DNA of 63,180 bases, the filler included, from Octopus bimaculoides (taxonomy: Eukaryota): assembly GCF_001194135.2 (NCBI RefSeq). It is 4 parts of 4 records of this genome, joined end to end, with 100 filler letters (N's around TTAATTAATTAA, not from the genome) between each part and the next. Parts side by side here need not be neighbours in the genome. Positions count along the whole stretch, not along the records: positions 1 to 18,475 come from NC_068982.1; positions 18,576 to 36,925 come from NC_068994.1; 2 more parts are not named here. One strand, given 5' to 3'. The position numbers and the translations under genes are program-made. The notes under the pieces were generated by a model. The model was not told the origin of the DNA, searched no databases, and saw nothing but the letters and a program-made list of their open reading frames with translations. Below, in pieces: positions 13,164 to 24,871 of the stretch. The stretch's first letter is position 1, and every line of letters begins with the position of its first letter.

Positions 13164-13718
13164 GAGTGAGAGAGCAGTGCATGCCATCAAAGTGACACTG
13201 GGATAAAATATACGAAGCCCATTGTACCCATCATGATTACCCATCTGATAAGGGTACACCAGGCACATACATCACAATCATATGTGCACAACATGGTGAT
13301 CTCATATCAAGATAAACAGTGCATGACCTCGCAGGTGGAGCCCAGTTAGAATTTTCTTCAGGTCGAGTAGCCCATACCGCTCAAAAGGTTCTTGAATAAG
13401 GTTTGTTTAAGAATGTTCAACAAAACACTCATGTTTCCAAAGGTGAATTATTCGAACCCCAAAGAATTCCTCTCAATACATGGCTATAATGCTCCCCCAC
13501 TACCTCTGCTCATGATCAAAGATGCACATATCGTCAGCCACCAAGGGACATGCTCAACTGGTTAAGGTCAAACAACTGACAAGCAAATCTGTGGTATTAA
13601 GCAGAATATTTGCTGTAGCCCATTTTTATACGAAGACAAAATAATGTACATGATAAGACTTCCAATTAATTTTGATCAGAAGCCATGAGAGTCACTCCCT
13701 GGTACTGCAATCGGGCAA
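13164..13718 (-). mobile_element. Unclassified ~555-bp non-coding element bounded by (TAA)n on both sides
   Basis: A non-repetitive block of higher GC than its flanks, with sharp (ATT)n borders at 13127-13163 and 13719-13808. No ORF with recognisable motifs. Confidence 0.5.
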
Positions 13719-13729
13719 TTATTATTATG

Positions 13730-13768
<39 letters not shown>

Positions 13769-13808
13769 GCTGTTGTTGTTGTTGTTATTATTATTATTAT
13801 CATCATTA

Positions 13809-15760
13809 CCTTTACACAGCTTCTAACGCTGCAGATGTACTACAGTGTTAGCTGTTCACTACCAGAGAACTAAGGTAAAACCTCTTATTTTTCGAGCACC
13901 TTCCGGAGTATTCGAACGGTTCCAAGTAGTGCTGTTTTCTGCAAGTGCTCCACCATTATTGTAGCCTTATTTGTTCCACGTACCTCTCGAGATTTTTGCT
14001 CACTGTTCCAAGGGCTCCGACAATTATTGGTACTACTGCTACCTTTTTCATCGACCACAACTGCTTAAATTCCCAAGCTAACCTATCATATCTTTAAACT
14101 TTTCTTTCTTCCTTATCGCACTCTTTGTTGTCAGCTGGGCATGCTATATCTATGATCCAGCATAATTTTTTTTCTTTCTCAATTAAAGCTATGCCTGTCT
14201 TCCTATTCTCTACCTCATAGTCGCACTGAATCATAAAATCCCATAGGATCTTTGCATTTCTATTTTCAACGATGCCTTCAGGTTTGTGGTCGTACCAATT
14301 TTTTGCTCTGTCAAGTCCATACTTGTTGCAAAGTCTCTAAAGGACAATCCTGTCTATATTGTCGTGGCGTCTCTTCTATTCATTCTGGGCTAATGGCGTA
14401 CATTGACTGGTAATATGCCATACGTTTTCACCGTTTTGTCCACAGATTCGGCACTTATCACTTTCTGCTGTGTTGTCTATTCTGTATTTTATGTAGTTTG
14501 TTCTGAGTGCTTGTTCTTTGACAGCACAGATTAGAGCCTCCATTTCCGGTTTTAAATCACTTTTAGTCCCCCACAGCCATCTTTTTTCTCTGTCTGTCTT
14601 ATCTTCAACATCCCTATGAAATTGACCATGCATTCTTTTCTTTACCCACCTATTTTTAGTTTCATTCGTTTTCAATTTCTTGTATAGTGCTTTATTTTTG
14701 CAATCTTCTATCCTACACAAGCCTGACCTTCTTACTTCTGATAATAGCGGTTCTGTGGCATTTTTACATACCATGCTATGTTGTTTTCTTCTACTATAAT
14801 GCTGTATTCGCATCCAATATGTCCTCTTCCCCCTATTTTTCTAGTTACATGCAGTCTGTCAGTGTCAATTTTTGGTTGGAGTGTCCCATATCTAGTTAGA
14901 AACTTCCTTGTCTTTCTGTCTAGGCTGTTTTCTTCGTCTAGTGTTCATGCGATTACCCCTACTCCATATCTAAAGAGTGAAACGGTCCAGGTGTTGATAG
15001 CTTCGATCTTATTCCATCCGCTTAATTTTGACTTAAGGATCAGTCTCAGTCAGCGCAAGTACTCCACCTTAAATTTTTCTGTCATTTCTTTCTCCATCAA
15101 TTTATCCATTTCCAATATCCCCAAGTACTTATAGCCCGTCTCTTCTATCTGCTTCATAACCTCCCGCGACGGAATCGTCAGCCCGTCCATACATTTGATT
15201 TTGCTTCTCTTCAAGACTAACAAACCACACTGTCTCTGTCCGTATTCCATTCCTATATTAACACTGAAGGTATACACTGTATCAACGAGGGAACTGACTT
15301 GGACTTCATCTTTACCATAAAGTTTGAGGTCATCCATGAATAACAAATGGTTCACATTTTGTTGGTGGCTTTTGAATACATACCCAGCTTTTGCTTTCCT
15401 CAGAATCAGTGTTCGTGGTATCAAGCACAGTACAAAGATCAGTGTCGCCAGGCAGTCCCCTTGGAAGATACCCTTCCTAATTTCTACTGTCCCTAAACTT
15501 CTTCTGTATGCTGTAGGGTCCATCCTTTAATTCACCATACTCTTTCCAAGCAATCGCTCAACATTCGATGCAATTCCAAATAGGTTTATACACTCCATAA
15601 TCCAAGAATGAGGGATCATATCGTACGCCTTACGATAGTCGATGCATGACATGGCTAAGTTACTTTTCCTCCTCTTGCTGTCTCTGAGTACAGTTTTGTC
15701 TATTAGGTGTTGATCCTTGGTACCTCTTTACTTACACTTTTTTGCTCGTGTGGCAGGACT
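13809..15760 (-). mobile_element. R4/Dong-clade non-LTR retrotransposon, 5'-truncated, RT + CCHC + restriction-like endonuclease, disrupted
   Basis: IDYRKAYDMIPHSW, GIFQGDCL, HLLFMDDLKLY, YKYLG; CRICG...VWHITSQC zinc knuckle; KRRHD, ILWDFMIQCD, RKPGI, IDIACPAD (RLE); stop at 13885-13887; short 3' UTR and (TAA)n tail at 13719-13808. Confidence 0.93.
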
Positions 15761-15822
15761 CCATTATACTTATTATACTTCCATTTTTGTTCGCTTTTAA
15801 GCTCCCCTTTCTCTTTTCTGTC

Positions 15823-15856
<34 letters not shown>

Positions 15857-15978
15857 GCTATTCATAACGATAGATAGAAAGTTGTCCAGACATGCATGCA
15901 AACATATGAGTGTGTGTGGCTGCATGTGTACACCTGTGCTTGTTGTTGTGTATATGAGCATGTGTCTATGTGTGTGTG

Positions 15979-16021
<43 letters not shown>

Positions 16022-16379
16022 NNNNNNNNNNNNNNNNNNNNNNNNNNNNNNNNNNNNNNNNNNNNNNNNNNNNNNNNNNNNNNNNNNNNNNNNNNNNNNN
16101 NNNNNNNNNNNNNNNNNNNNNNNNNNNNNNNNNNNNNNNNNNNNNNNNNNNNNNNNNNNNNNNNNNNNNNNNNNNNNNNNNNNNNNNNNNNNNNNNNNNN
16201 NNNNNNNNNNNNNNNNNNNNNNNNNNNNNNNNNNNNNNNNNNNNNNNNNNNNNNNNNNNNNNNNNNNNNNNNNNNNNNNNNNNNNNNNNNNNNNNNNNNN
16301 NNNNNNNNNNNNNNNNNNNNNNNNNNNNNNNNNNNNNNNNNNNNNNNNNNNNNNNNNNNNNNTATATATATATATATAA

Positions 16380-16427
<48 letters not shown>

Positions 16428-16679
16428 GTGTGAGTGCGTGTGTGCATTAGGTTTTTTTACTCTGTGTGTGAAAGTATGTATCTGTGTTTGTACGAACGTA
16501 TATGTTGATATGTGTTGGCGTCTATATATGCGCTCGAGTAGGTATATATTATTGCGTTTGTAGGTATATACGTATGTGTGTGTATATTTACGCGTGTATG
16601 ATATATATATGTTTGTCTGTTCGTGCTTGTGTGTATGTGTGTGCATCTGCGTGTGTTTGTGTGTGTGTATGTAGTGGAA

Positions 16680-17329
16680 AGCGCATGGCATTTTTATAGA
16701 GAAGCCATTTGTCGTCACCAGTCACTATTCGGTTCCAAAAAAGTTCATTCGTGATACTTGACAGCAAAGAAAAGTACACATTCACTCTCTGCGTGCGATT
16801 AGACTCGGAAGGTTTGTGAGGAACCTATTGGCCCAAACTGCTAACTTTTCCGATGGCATGCAGGTGTTGATGAATGGTTGACTGATCACATGCAAGCTTC
16901 TCTGCTAGTTCATGAACAGTTACGATGGGATTTTATTCCACTAGAGTTTGCAGGACATCCTCGTCGAGCTCTACAGTTCTTCCAGGCTGTAGTTTCTGGT
17001 TCGAAATTTCCGGAACCACCATTGACACTGGGTTACGCTTATTGTCCGATATACTGCGTTGATATTCCTTGCATTTTCCGTTGTGCTGTTGCCTTTATTG
17101 AAGTCATAAAGACAAAAATATGCCGAATATGCACCTTTGTCATTTCCATTATAGCTTGAAAAAATAACTGTTAAAAATGGAACTGCACTCTTCAAAACGT
17201 GCACTAAGAATAAAAACAAGGTATAATTACTTGCTTTCATAACAAGTTGATGCAAGTAGTCTATTCCGTCCTTCTCCGACTTTTAGTTCATGCAATTGAA
17301 AAATCTGCATTATTTATGGGATGACCCAA
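16680..17329 (-). mobile_element. mariner (Mos1-like) element, 5' TIR plus N-terminal half of the transposase, degenerate
   Basis: TA (17330-17331) followed by TTGGGTCATCCCATAAATAATGC. Coding relic MEMTKVHIRHI..LYDFNKGNSTTENARNINAVY..ISVTQCQWWFRKFR (HTH) and FWNRIVTGDDKWLLYKN (first catalytic D motif). Confidence 0.9.
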
Positions 17330-17363
17330 TATTTGTGTATGTGTGTGTGTTTGTGTGTGTATT

Positions 17364-17415
<52 letters not shown>

Positions 17416-18346
17416 GTTTGGAATTTCTAACACTTATAAACTTGTATAAACACGGGTATGCAACTTATCCCAAGGAGAGACTCAGTAAATCATCATATCC
17501 AGGGAAAACGTGATGAATAAACACTCCGAAGTGATTATATGATGTAAACATAAAGCAAAACATCATTTCTGGAATTTGAAAAAACATTTTGAAACGGAAT
17601 AACATCAACCGCCCTTAGCATATTATAGAAAAAGGAAGGGATACAAATAAATAAACAAACCAACCAATATTTAGGATGCTATACACTATACCACCAAAAA
17701 CAATCACAATCGACCATAAGAAAGTATCATTTATCAATTCAGAAAATGAACTCCAGAAGTTGATTGTTGTAGTGATTGTATCGGCTGAACTGTATACTTT
17801 AGAATTCGTTCAAGATAATATTGCTTTAAATGAGATCAAAGAGAGGAAATTACTATCCGTCCTCTACATCTGCACACTGAATATCAAAATAAGTTCAACA
17901 TCACAACACGCACCTCCATCCCCATCTAACAACCATTCCATTCTCTTTTTCTATCACCATCTCCTCCTCCGCACCAAATACACACAGAAACATGCACATA
18001 ACTCAATCAACCTTCGCATTGGTCAAAAGAATAAATACTCCTCTGTGAAACATCTATTAATGTTATATAGCATGAAGAAATGAATCGATGAAGACGATCT
18101 AGCCGATGCTCACGGATACAACGAACTACACTGTAATCATCTCAGGAAACAGACTGTGATCTTAAGAGACATGTGACTTCCGCAAGCGATGCATTAATTG
18201 TTTATAAATTCCACCCACAGATTATTGTTATTAATACTATATTTATCCTACATTATATCGTACAGCTCGATGCCACACCCCCCAAAATATATATATATAT
18301 AAATTTAATGAATGGAATAAAACGCATATTTTAACTGCATACTTTT

Positions 18347-18434
18347 ATTTCCAACATATGTTTCAAAGAATTACAAATAATAGCATCCATAGGAATCGGC
18401 GATGTTAAAAATGTAATCTTCTCTTCAGGGAAAT
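18347..18434 (-). ncRNA. Type I hammerhead ribozyme motif, PLE-like minimal type
   Basis: Minus strand: ATTTCC CTGAAGA GAAGATTACA...TGTAATTCTTT GAAA CATATG TT GGAAAT. 6-bp stem I, ~10-bp stem II with one bulge, palindromic CATATG stem III, GUU cleavage triplet, AATAAA immediately downstream. Confidence 0.75.
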
Positions 18435-18475
18435 GCATGGGAACCAACTTAAACGTAAGACATTATAATATATAT

Positions 18476-18575
18476 NNNNNNNNNNNNNNNNNNNNNNNNN
18501 NNNNNNNNNNNNNNNNNNNTTAATTAATTAANNNNNNNNNNNNNNNNNNNNNNNNNNNNNNNNNNNNNNNNNNNN
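18476..18575. other. Artificial scaffold spacer (44 N + TTAATTAATTAA + 44 N)
   Basis: Exact 100-nt structure. TTAATTAATTAA places a stop codon in all six frames. Confidence 0.95.
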
Positions 18576-19149
18576 ATATATATATATATACTTATATACA
18601 TATGTATATATACATATATGCGTTTGTGTATGTATATGTGTGTGTGTCTTTGTGTGTGTGTGTGTGTGGTGTGTATGTATATGCTTGTAAGTATGAAGTT
18701 GGTTATTCTGCGCATCCGTGCTTTTTGATTCTACTTTTCTTATTTCTCTTCGCCATTTGTTGTGCTGTTATTTCTGATGAGAACTGCATATTGCATAAAA
18801 GAAACATATGCACATGTTCCACATGACACAGCGTGTTGAACGTTATTTTTTTTTTTTTTTTTATTAGCATCTTCTTTCAATTCTGTTTCAATTTCTTGTC
18901 GTGTGTCTTCCTGACACCCAGGGTAGAGAAACACACTGTATACATAGGTAGGCCATTAAAATAAACACACCTAATTGTTCATTTACAAGGTCATGTGATA
19001 GAAAAAAAGCGGAAGAAAGACAGAAAGAAAAAAGAAAAAGAAGAAAATGAAGAAGTTAACAAAGAAAATAAAGGGGGAAAAAGGAAAGAAAATTCATAGT
19101 GATAATGCGCATCTTAGTACACGTGACGTACCAGTTAAGACAATCGTTT

Positions 19150-20200
19150 GCACTTCCTGCATGAATTTTCTGTCGCGAGTATATTATTTATTTACAGGTA
19201 TTTTCTTATCAAACCGTACTGTGTTGTCCATTGGAGTTGCTTATGTGTAGATATTTAGTTCTATGTAGGGATTGCTAATTCGATTATTTTAGCATAATTC
19301 TGGCATTAACAGAGCTTTTGTTTAAAAAAATGTTGTTATTCGTACTGAGAAGTCTAAAGGAAGTTTAAACATCGTGTGGGTAGAGTTAATATCTGGAAAG
19401 GGTTAATCCAGGTATTTCTATTTTCATGTTTAGTTATATTTATTATCTGATAAGATGTGTGTCTCCGTTATTGTGTTAGTTCTGCTTGGAGTAGCATTAT
19501 TAAATCATTTTATTTCGTGTTATTTTCTCTTCTACATTGGATACAATTCTACCTATGTATATGGTTGTTGGTTAGCGGTTGGTCTTTTAGTTTTTGTATA
19601 TTGTCCATTCGTAAAATTTACAGTCAGAGTGATCATTTCCATGGTTTCACATAAGTGTCAGAGCTAAAAAATTTACTATTTTCAGGTATATAATTTATCG
19701 CAATTTGCTTTTTATCAAATTATTCAAAAGTGACAATTGGTGACTTTCTGAGTTCTCATGAATAGAAATGTTATGAAATTTGTCTATAAAATGTTTGTTT
19801 ATGAGATAGAATAAGACAAGTCCGTTGTTTTCGTAAAGTCCTATACCAGTGGATTTTATTTTGATTTTACTGTGCGTCAGACGTATTTTGCAAGCAAATC
19901 CAACTTTCGCATCAGTCTCAACAGCACAAAGTTACTCGTAATAGTTCAATTCCCGATCTTTCAAACATTAATAAAATGCATAAAATACATTCAATGAACT
20001 TATTTATTTTGTGGAGATAATCCACTGCTTTTGAAGCTGAAATATTCCACTATTGTTATCCTATCGGTGCTTTTCTCGAAATATGCTTTCCAGTTCATAC
20101 TTTTTAGCATATTCTCAGTTTTTCTATTATATGCAGCAAGGTGAATGCTGGGACCATTACGCTTATCAACCTAAAACCAGAACAATTCTTGGAGATTTCC
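19150..20200 (-). mobile_element. Highly decayed second Penelope-like element of a different clade (YRDD-type RT)
   Basis: KTENMLKSMNWKAYFEK (~20071-20120), GIGLYENNGL (19817-19848, cf. IGLYRDDGL), ITLTVNFTNGQY (19599-19634) and NTWINPF (19396-19418, cf. WFNPP) occur in the order expected for PLE proteins. Confidence 0.65.
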
Positions 20201-20615
20201 GCAGAGTTTTGGTCCGCTAATGTTACGCAAAAGATTTCCACAACCGGAAAGCCGTACATTGGAAATGAAACTGAAAATACGATATTTCGAAGCTAAATTT
20301 TTAACCAGAGAAGCATGTCATTACGTGCATATGTGTATGTGCATATGTGTATGTGCATGTGAGAGTGCATACGTGGTTGTGTGTCAGTAGGCACGTGTAT
20401 TTGTATGACTGCGTCTGTTTGTGCTTTTGTGTGTATTTGTAGGTGAAATATAGTCAAAATGAAAGATCTCACGTGCATAAATTCTGTGAATATTAATTAA
20501 AGGCTTGAAAATAAATGTAGTGTCAGAAATTTTCATTTACTTTTTTGGAAGTAACTTCGAAATGTTGCTGACTCTAAGTAGTGTATACGAATATATGCGA
20601 ATCTGGTCTATATGA

Positions 20616-20664
<49 letters not shown>

Positions 20665-22171
20665 AATAGAGAGAGGCGGTGAGAGACAAAGGAAATACGA
20701 GAGGGAAGGAGATGGAGAAAGAGAGAGCTAGAGGGTGAGAGAGCACATGTGTGAATATGTGTAAATATGACATAGACATTGAAATAAAACTAGTATGGAA
20801 AGACCAAGTAGAATGCTAGGTAAAATTGTTGCTTCCCAAGTGAAGTATTTAGAAGCTGATATTTATAATAAAATCAATAGCGAACATTTTGTAGTTTGAG
20901 TCAGTAAATGTCAAATGAAAAATTAAATTTTGATGTAATATTTCTTTTTTATTTTGAAATCTCTAATGGAACCTCTTTGACAATAACGCTGTAATTTACA
21001 GATATCATATAGAGATATCCACAACAAATTGATCAAGTGATAAGCTGCCATCATAAATCACAATAAAATGAAAGCTGGACAACTGTTCTACTTGATAAGT
21101 GTATAGTTACCACGTTGTTGGAATGTGTGCCTATATCGATTTATATGTATATAAACGAATGTGTACTGTGTGTGTGTGTATGTATGTATATATGTGTGTG
21201 TGCTGCGTATGTGCGTGAGTAAGTGTTTGTGTGTTTGTAAATATATATATATATATATATATGCATATATATATATGCATATATATATANNNNNNNNNNN
21301 NNNNNNNNNNNNNNNNNNNNNNNNNNNNNNNNNNNNNNNNNNNNNNNNNNNNNNNNNNNNNNNNNNNNNNNNNNNNNNNNNNNNNNNNNNNNNNNNNNNN
21401 NNNNNNNNNNNNNNNNNNNNNNNNNNNNNNNNNNNNNNNNNNNNNNNNNNNNNNNNNNNNNNNNNNNNNNNNNNNNNNNNNNNNNNNNNNNNNNNNNNNN
21501 NNNNNNNNNNNNNNNNNNNNNNNNNNNNNNNNNNNNNNNNNNNNNNNNNNNNNNNNNNNNNNNNNNNNNNNNNNNNNNNNNNNNNNNNNNNNNNNNNNNN
21601 NNNNNNNNNNNNNNNNNNNNNNNNNNNNNNNNNNNNNNNNNNNNNNNNNNNNNNNNNNNNNNNNNNNNNNNNNNNNNNNNNNNNNNNNNNNNNNNNNNNN
21701 NNNNNNNNNNNNNNNNNNNNNNNNNNNNNNNNNNNNNNNNNNNNNNNNNNNNNNNNNNNNNNNNNNNNNNNNNNNNNNNNNNNNNNNNNNNNNNNNNNNN
21801 NNNNNNNNNNNNNNNNNNNNNNNNNNNNNNNNNNNNNNNNNNNNNNNNNNNNNNNNNNNNNNNNNNNNNNNNNNNNNNNNNNNNNNNNNNNNNNNNNNNN
21901 NNNNNNNNNNNNNNNNNNNNNNNNNNNNNNNNNNNNNNNNNNNNNNNNNNNNNNNNNNNNNNNNNNNNNNNNNNNNNNNNNNNNNNNNNNNNNNNNNNNN
22001 NNNNNNNNNNNNNNNNNNNNNNNNNNNNNNNNNNNNNNNNNNNNNNNNNNNNNNNNNNNNNNNNNNNNNNNNNNNNNNNNNNNNNNNNNNNNNNNNNNNN
22101 NNNNNNNNNNNNNNNNNNNNNNNNNNNNNNNNNNNNNNNNNNNNNNNNNNNNNNNNNNNNNNNNNNNTATA

Positions 22172-22207
<36 letters not shown>

Positions 22208-22350
22208 CGACGGGCTTCTTTCAGTTTCCGTCTACCAAATCCATTCACAAGGACCGATGCTATAGTAGAAGACACTCGCCCAAGGTGCCACGCAGTGGGA
22301 TTGAATCCGGAACCATGTGGTTGGTAAGCAAGCTACTTACCACACAGCCA
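22208..22350 (-). mobile_element. SINE family B 5' half
   Basis: Minus strand TGGCTGTGTGGTAAGTAGCTTGCTTACCAACCACATGGTTCCGGATTCAATCCC (A/B boxes), then CCTTGGGCGAGTGTCTTCTACTATAG. Confidence 0.88.
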
Positions 22351-23917
22351 GTCTTGCTTAATTTTTGATAATACAATACTTTGGATTTGAACGTTTGTAT
22401 TTTCCAAAAGTCAACCGCATCGCGACCGCCATAATCAGTTGTTCACCAAACCCAGCCTCAGCAACAAAATCACAAACACGAGCCTATGAAGGTGATTACC
22501 TTTTAGAAATAACAACCAATTAGCCCTCAAATCCCAACCCGTTATACTTAGAATATTACATCGGTTAATGAAAGCTCTAATATACGTAGAAAGGAATGGA
22601 ATGCTGGTATTCTTGATCATTCCATTTCACGAGGAATAACCTGGGGCTAAAACATAGCAGAAACAATAACAACAACGCCATTGACTCTACCAGCATCAAT
22701 AAGAAATAACGAAAGCAACACAAACAACATCAATAAAAATAACAATCAGTTGTCCGCAATTCTCTTCAAAATGACAATCTTTAATGTGAGATTTTGAAAA
22801 TGGTGATCAAGGGAACTAATTTGGGTTGAATTGTAAAAAGAATTATTCGTTCGTCTATGAATCAGATTTTCAACTTGGAAATACAGAAACTGATAGAGCA
22901 ATCGGAAACGACAGGGACTCTGCTAGTCTCAGTGGTGCAGTTAACATCTTTGATTGTTTGAAGCAGTTTTCAATGGAGATTAATCGGTAGAATCCGGACC
23001 CTTGTTATCGAATGAATGCCTCAGTAATTCGCATTGAATTGCAGTAACTGAGATAGAAAATAGAAAATAAAGAATGATCTAAAAAGAAAAAAAGGGAATG
23101 GTAATCTGTTGGAATAAACTGTATGAGGATGAATAAAAGACTGGGAAATAACTAATGGAGAAGAATTTGATTTTAGTGCAAGTAAATAAAAGATAAAAAC
23201 GACTTTCACTTGAACTGAGATACGAAATCTTATTGACTTTTAGCTAATAATAAAATAGGAAAAAAAAAAGAAGTTCTAAGTTCCTAAGTCGTTTAGATTT
23301 TGTATACCAACTGTTGCCTCTTGGATATGGTGGAATATTTAAAACCTTTTAATACAAGTGAGTCTCAGCAAGACAAACCTGTTCATAGTAAAATGAGGAG
23401 AGATTACATTTTGATAGGGTTCTTCCAGCCATTGAATTCCAGGAAATCTAAGAGCAAATTACCAAACGAGAGAAATCATTGAAGTAGATATTTCATGAAT
23501 ACATTTCGAATCTAGAAATTTATCGATCAGAGTTTATAAATCAGTATTATTATATCAACTAACAGGAATTATGGAGGCTGTATATTATAAGGTTAAATGT
23601 GGAATATATCTGAGATAGCGTTTATGTAAATGTGTGTGAATAGACAAGTATGTGTAAATGGATTTGGAAACTATGGTAAGTGTATAAGATGTATATTTAC
23701 TTTTAACTATGTTGAAGACGCCCGTTTATTTTGTATTTTCCATTTTCAACACTTAATCTGCTAATGTCTTTGGGAAACCCACTCACATCTTAGCAGCAAA
23801 TCTTCAAATTGCAGAACCATAAAGAAGTAAATAAATGTGTCGCATTACTAAAAGAAATAATAGTAATGTAGTGAATGTAATTATATTTCATATATGAGTG
23901 TGTGTGTGTGAGTATAC

Positions 23918-23970
<53 letters not shown>

Positions 23971-24600
23971 GAGTTTATATCTACGTGTATGTTTTGGTAC
24001 NNNNNNNNNNNNNNNNNNNNNNNNNNNNNNNNNNNNNNNNNNNNNNNNNNNNNNNNNNNNNNNNNNNNNNNNNNNNNNNNNNNNNNNNNNNNNNNNNNNN
24101 NNNNNNNNNNNNNNNNNNNNNNNNNNNNNNNNNNNNNNNNNNNNNNNNNNNNNNNNNNNNNNNNNNNNNNNNNNNNNNNNNNNNNNNNNNNNNNNNNNNN
24201 NNNNNNNNNNNNNNNNNNNNNNNNNNNNNNNNNNNNNNNNNNNNNNNNNNNNNNNNNNNNNNNNNNNNNNNNNNNNNNNNNNNNNNNNNNNNNNNNNNNN
24301 NNNNNNNNNNNNNNNNNNNNNNNNNNNNNNNNNNNNNNNNNNNNNNNNNNNNNNNNNNNNNNNNNNNNNNNNNNNNNNNNNNNNNNNNNNNNNNNNNNNN
24401 NNNNNNNNNNNNNNNNNNNNNNNNNNNNNNNNNNNNNNNNATATATATATATATACGTATATATTCAGGGGAGAGATAGGCAGAGAGGGAAATACAAATC
24501 GGTCTCAATCGAATTGGTACTATATCCTAATGTTTCTGAATATATTCCTGTGCAAATGTTTAACAAAGTCAGGAAATAGATATTCCTCCATAACACTTAC

Positions 24601-24621
24601 CATAATTTCGCAGAATTTATG
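24601..24621 (-). CDS. Candidate 21-nt microexon (HKFCEIM in phase 0, or INSAKL in phase 2)
   Basis: Minus strand ttcttcctcatacag|CATAAATTCTGCGAAATTATG|gtaagt: strong acceptor and consensus donor. No homology recognised. Confidence 0.35.
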
Positions 24622-24672
24622 CTGTATGAGGAAGAATTACAATCATCGACGTAAATCAAGCAAAATGAATGA

Positions 24673-24789
24673 ATTGATCCCATAACAGGGTACTATATAA
24701 AACATATATACATTGATTTCATAACGGGGTACTATAGTAAACATATAGACATTGATCTCGTAATAGAGGACTTTATTAAACACATATAT
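24673..24789. repeat. Minisatellite, three diverged 39-bp units
   Basis: ATTGATYYCRTAA...TACTATA..AAACATATA.AC units start at 24673, 24712 and 24751. Confidence 0.85.
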
Positions 24790-24821
24790 ATGTTAAATAT
24801 GAATTTAGATGCATGCCCACT

Positions 24822-24871
24822 GTCTCAAGCCAATTTAGGCTTTCGTCGTAAGGTCCTTCTTCAGAGATTGT
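24822..24871 (-). ncRNA. Degenerate hammerhead-like motif
   Basis: Minus strand CTGAAGA AGGACCTTACGAC GAAA GCC TAAATT GGC TT. Core boxes and stem III are present; stems I and II pair poorly. Confidence 0.35.

Noticed and set aside
18774-18830. CTGATGA...GAAACATATG hammerhead-like motif
   Set aside because: Stem I does not pair and stem II is not closed at the core, so it could be chance.
19117-19160. Overlapping CACGTG/TGACGT and CACTTCCTG motifs as a promoter
   Set aside because: They lie at the edge of a PLE relic, and short motifs occur readily by chance.
18347-20200. Treating the hammerhead as the terminal repeat of the neighbouring PLE
   Set aside because: Strand and distance fit, but an artificial spacer separates them.
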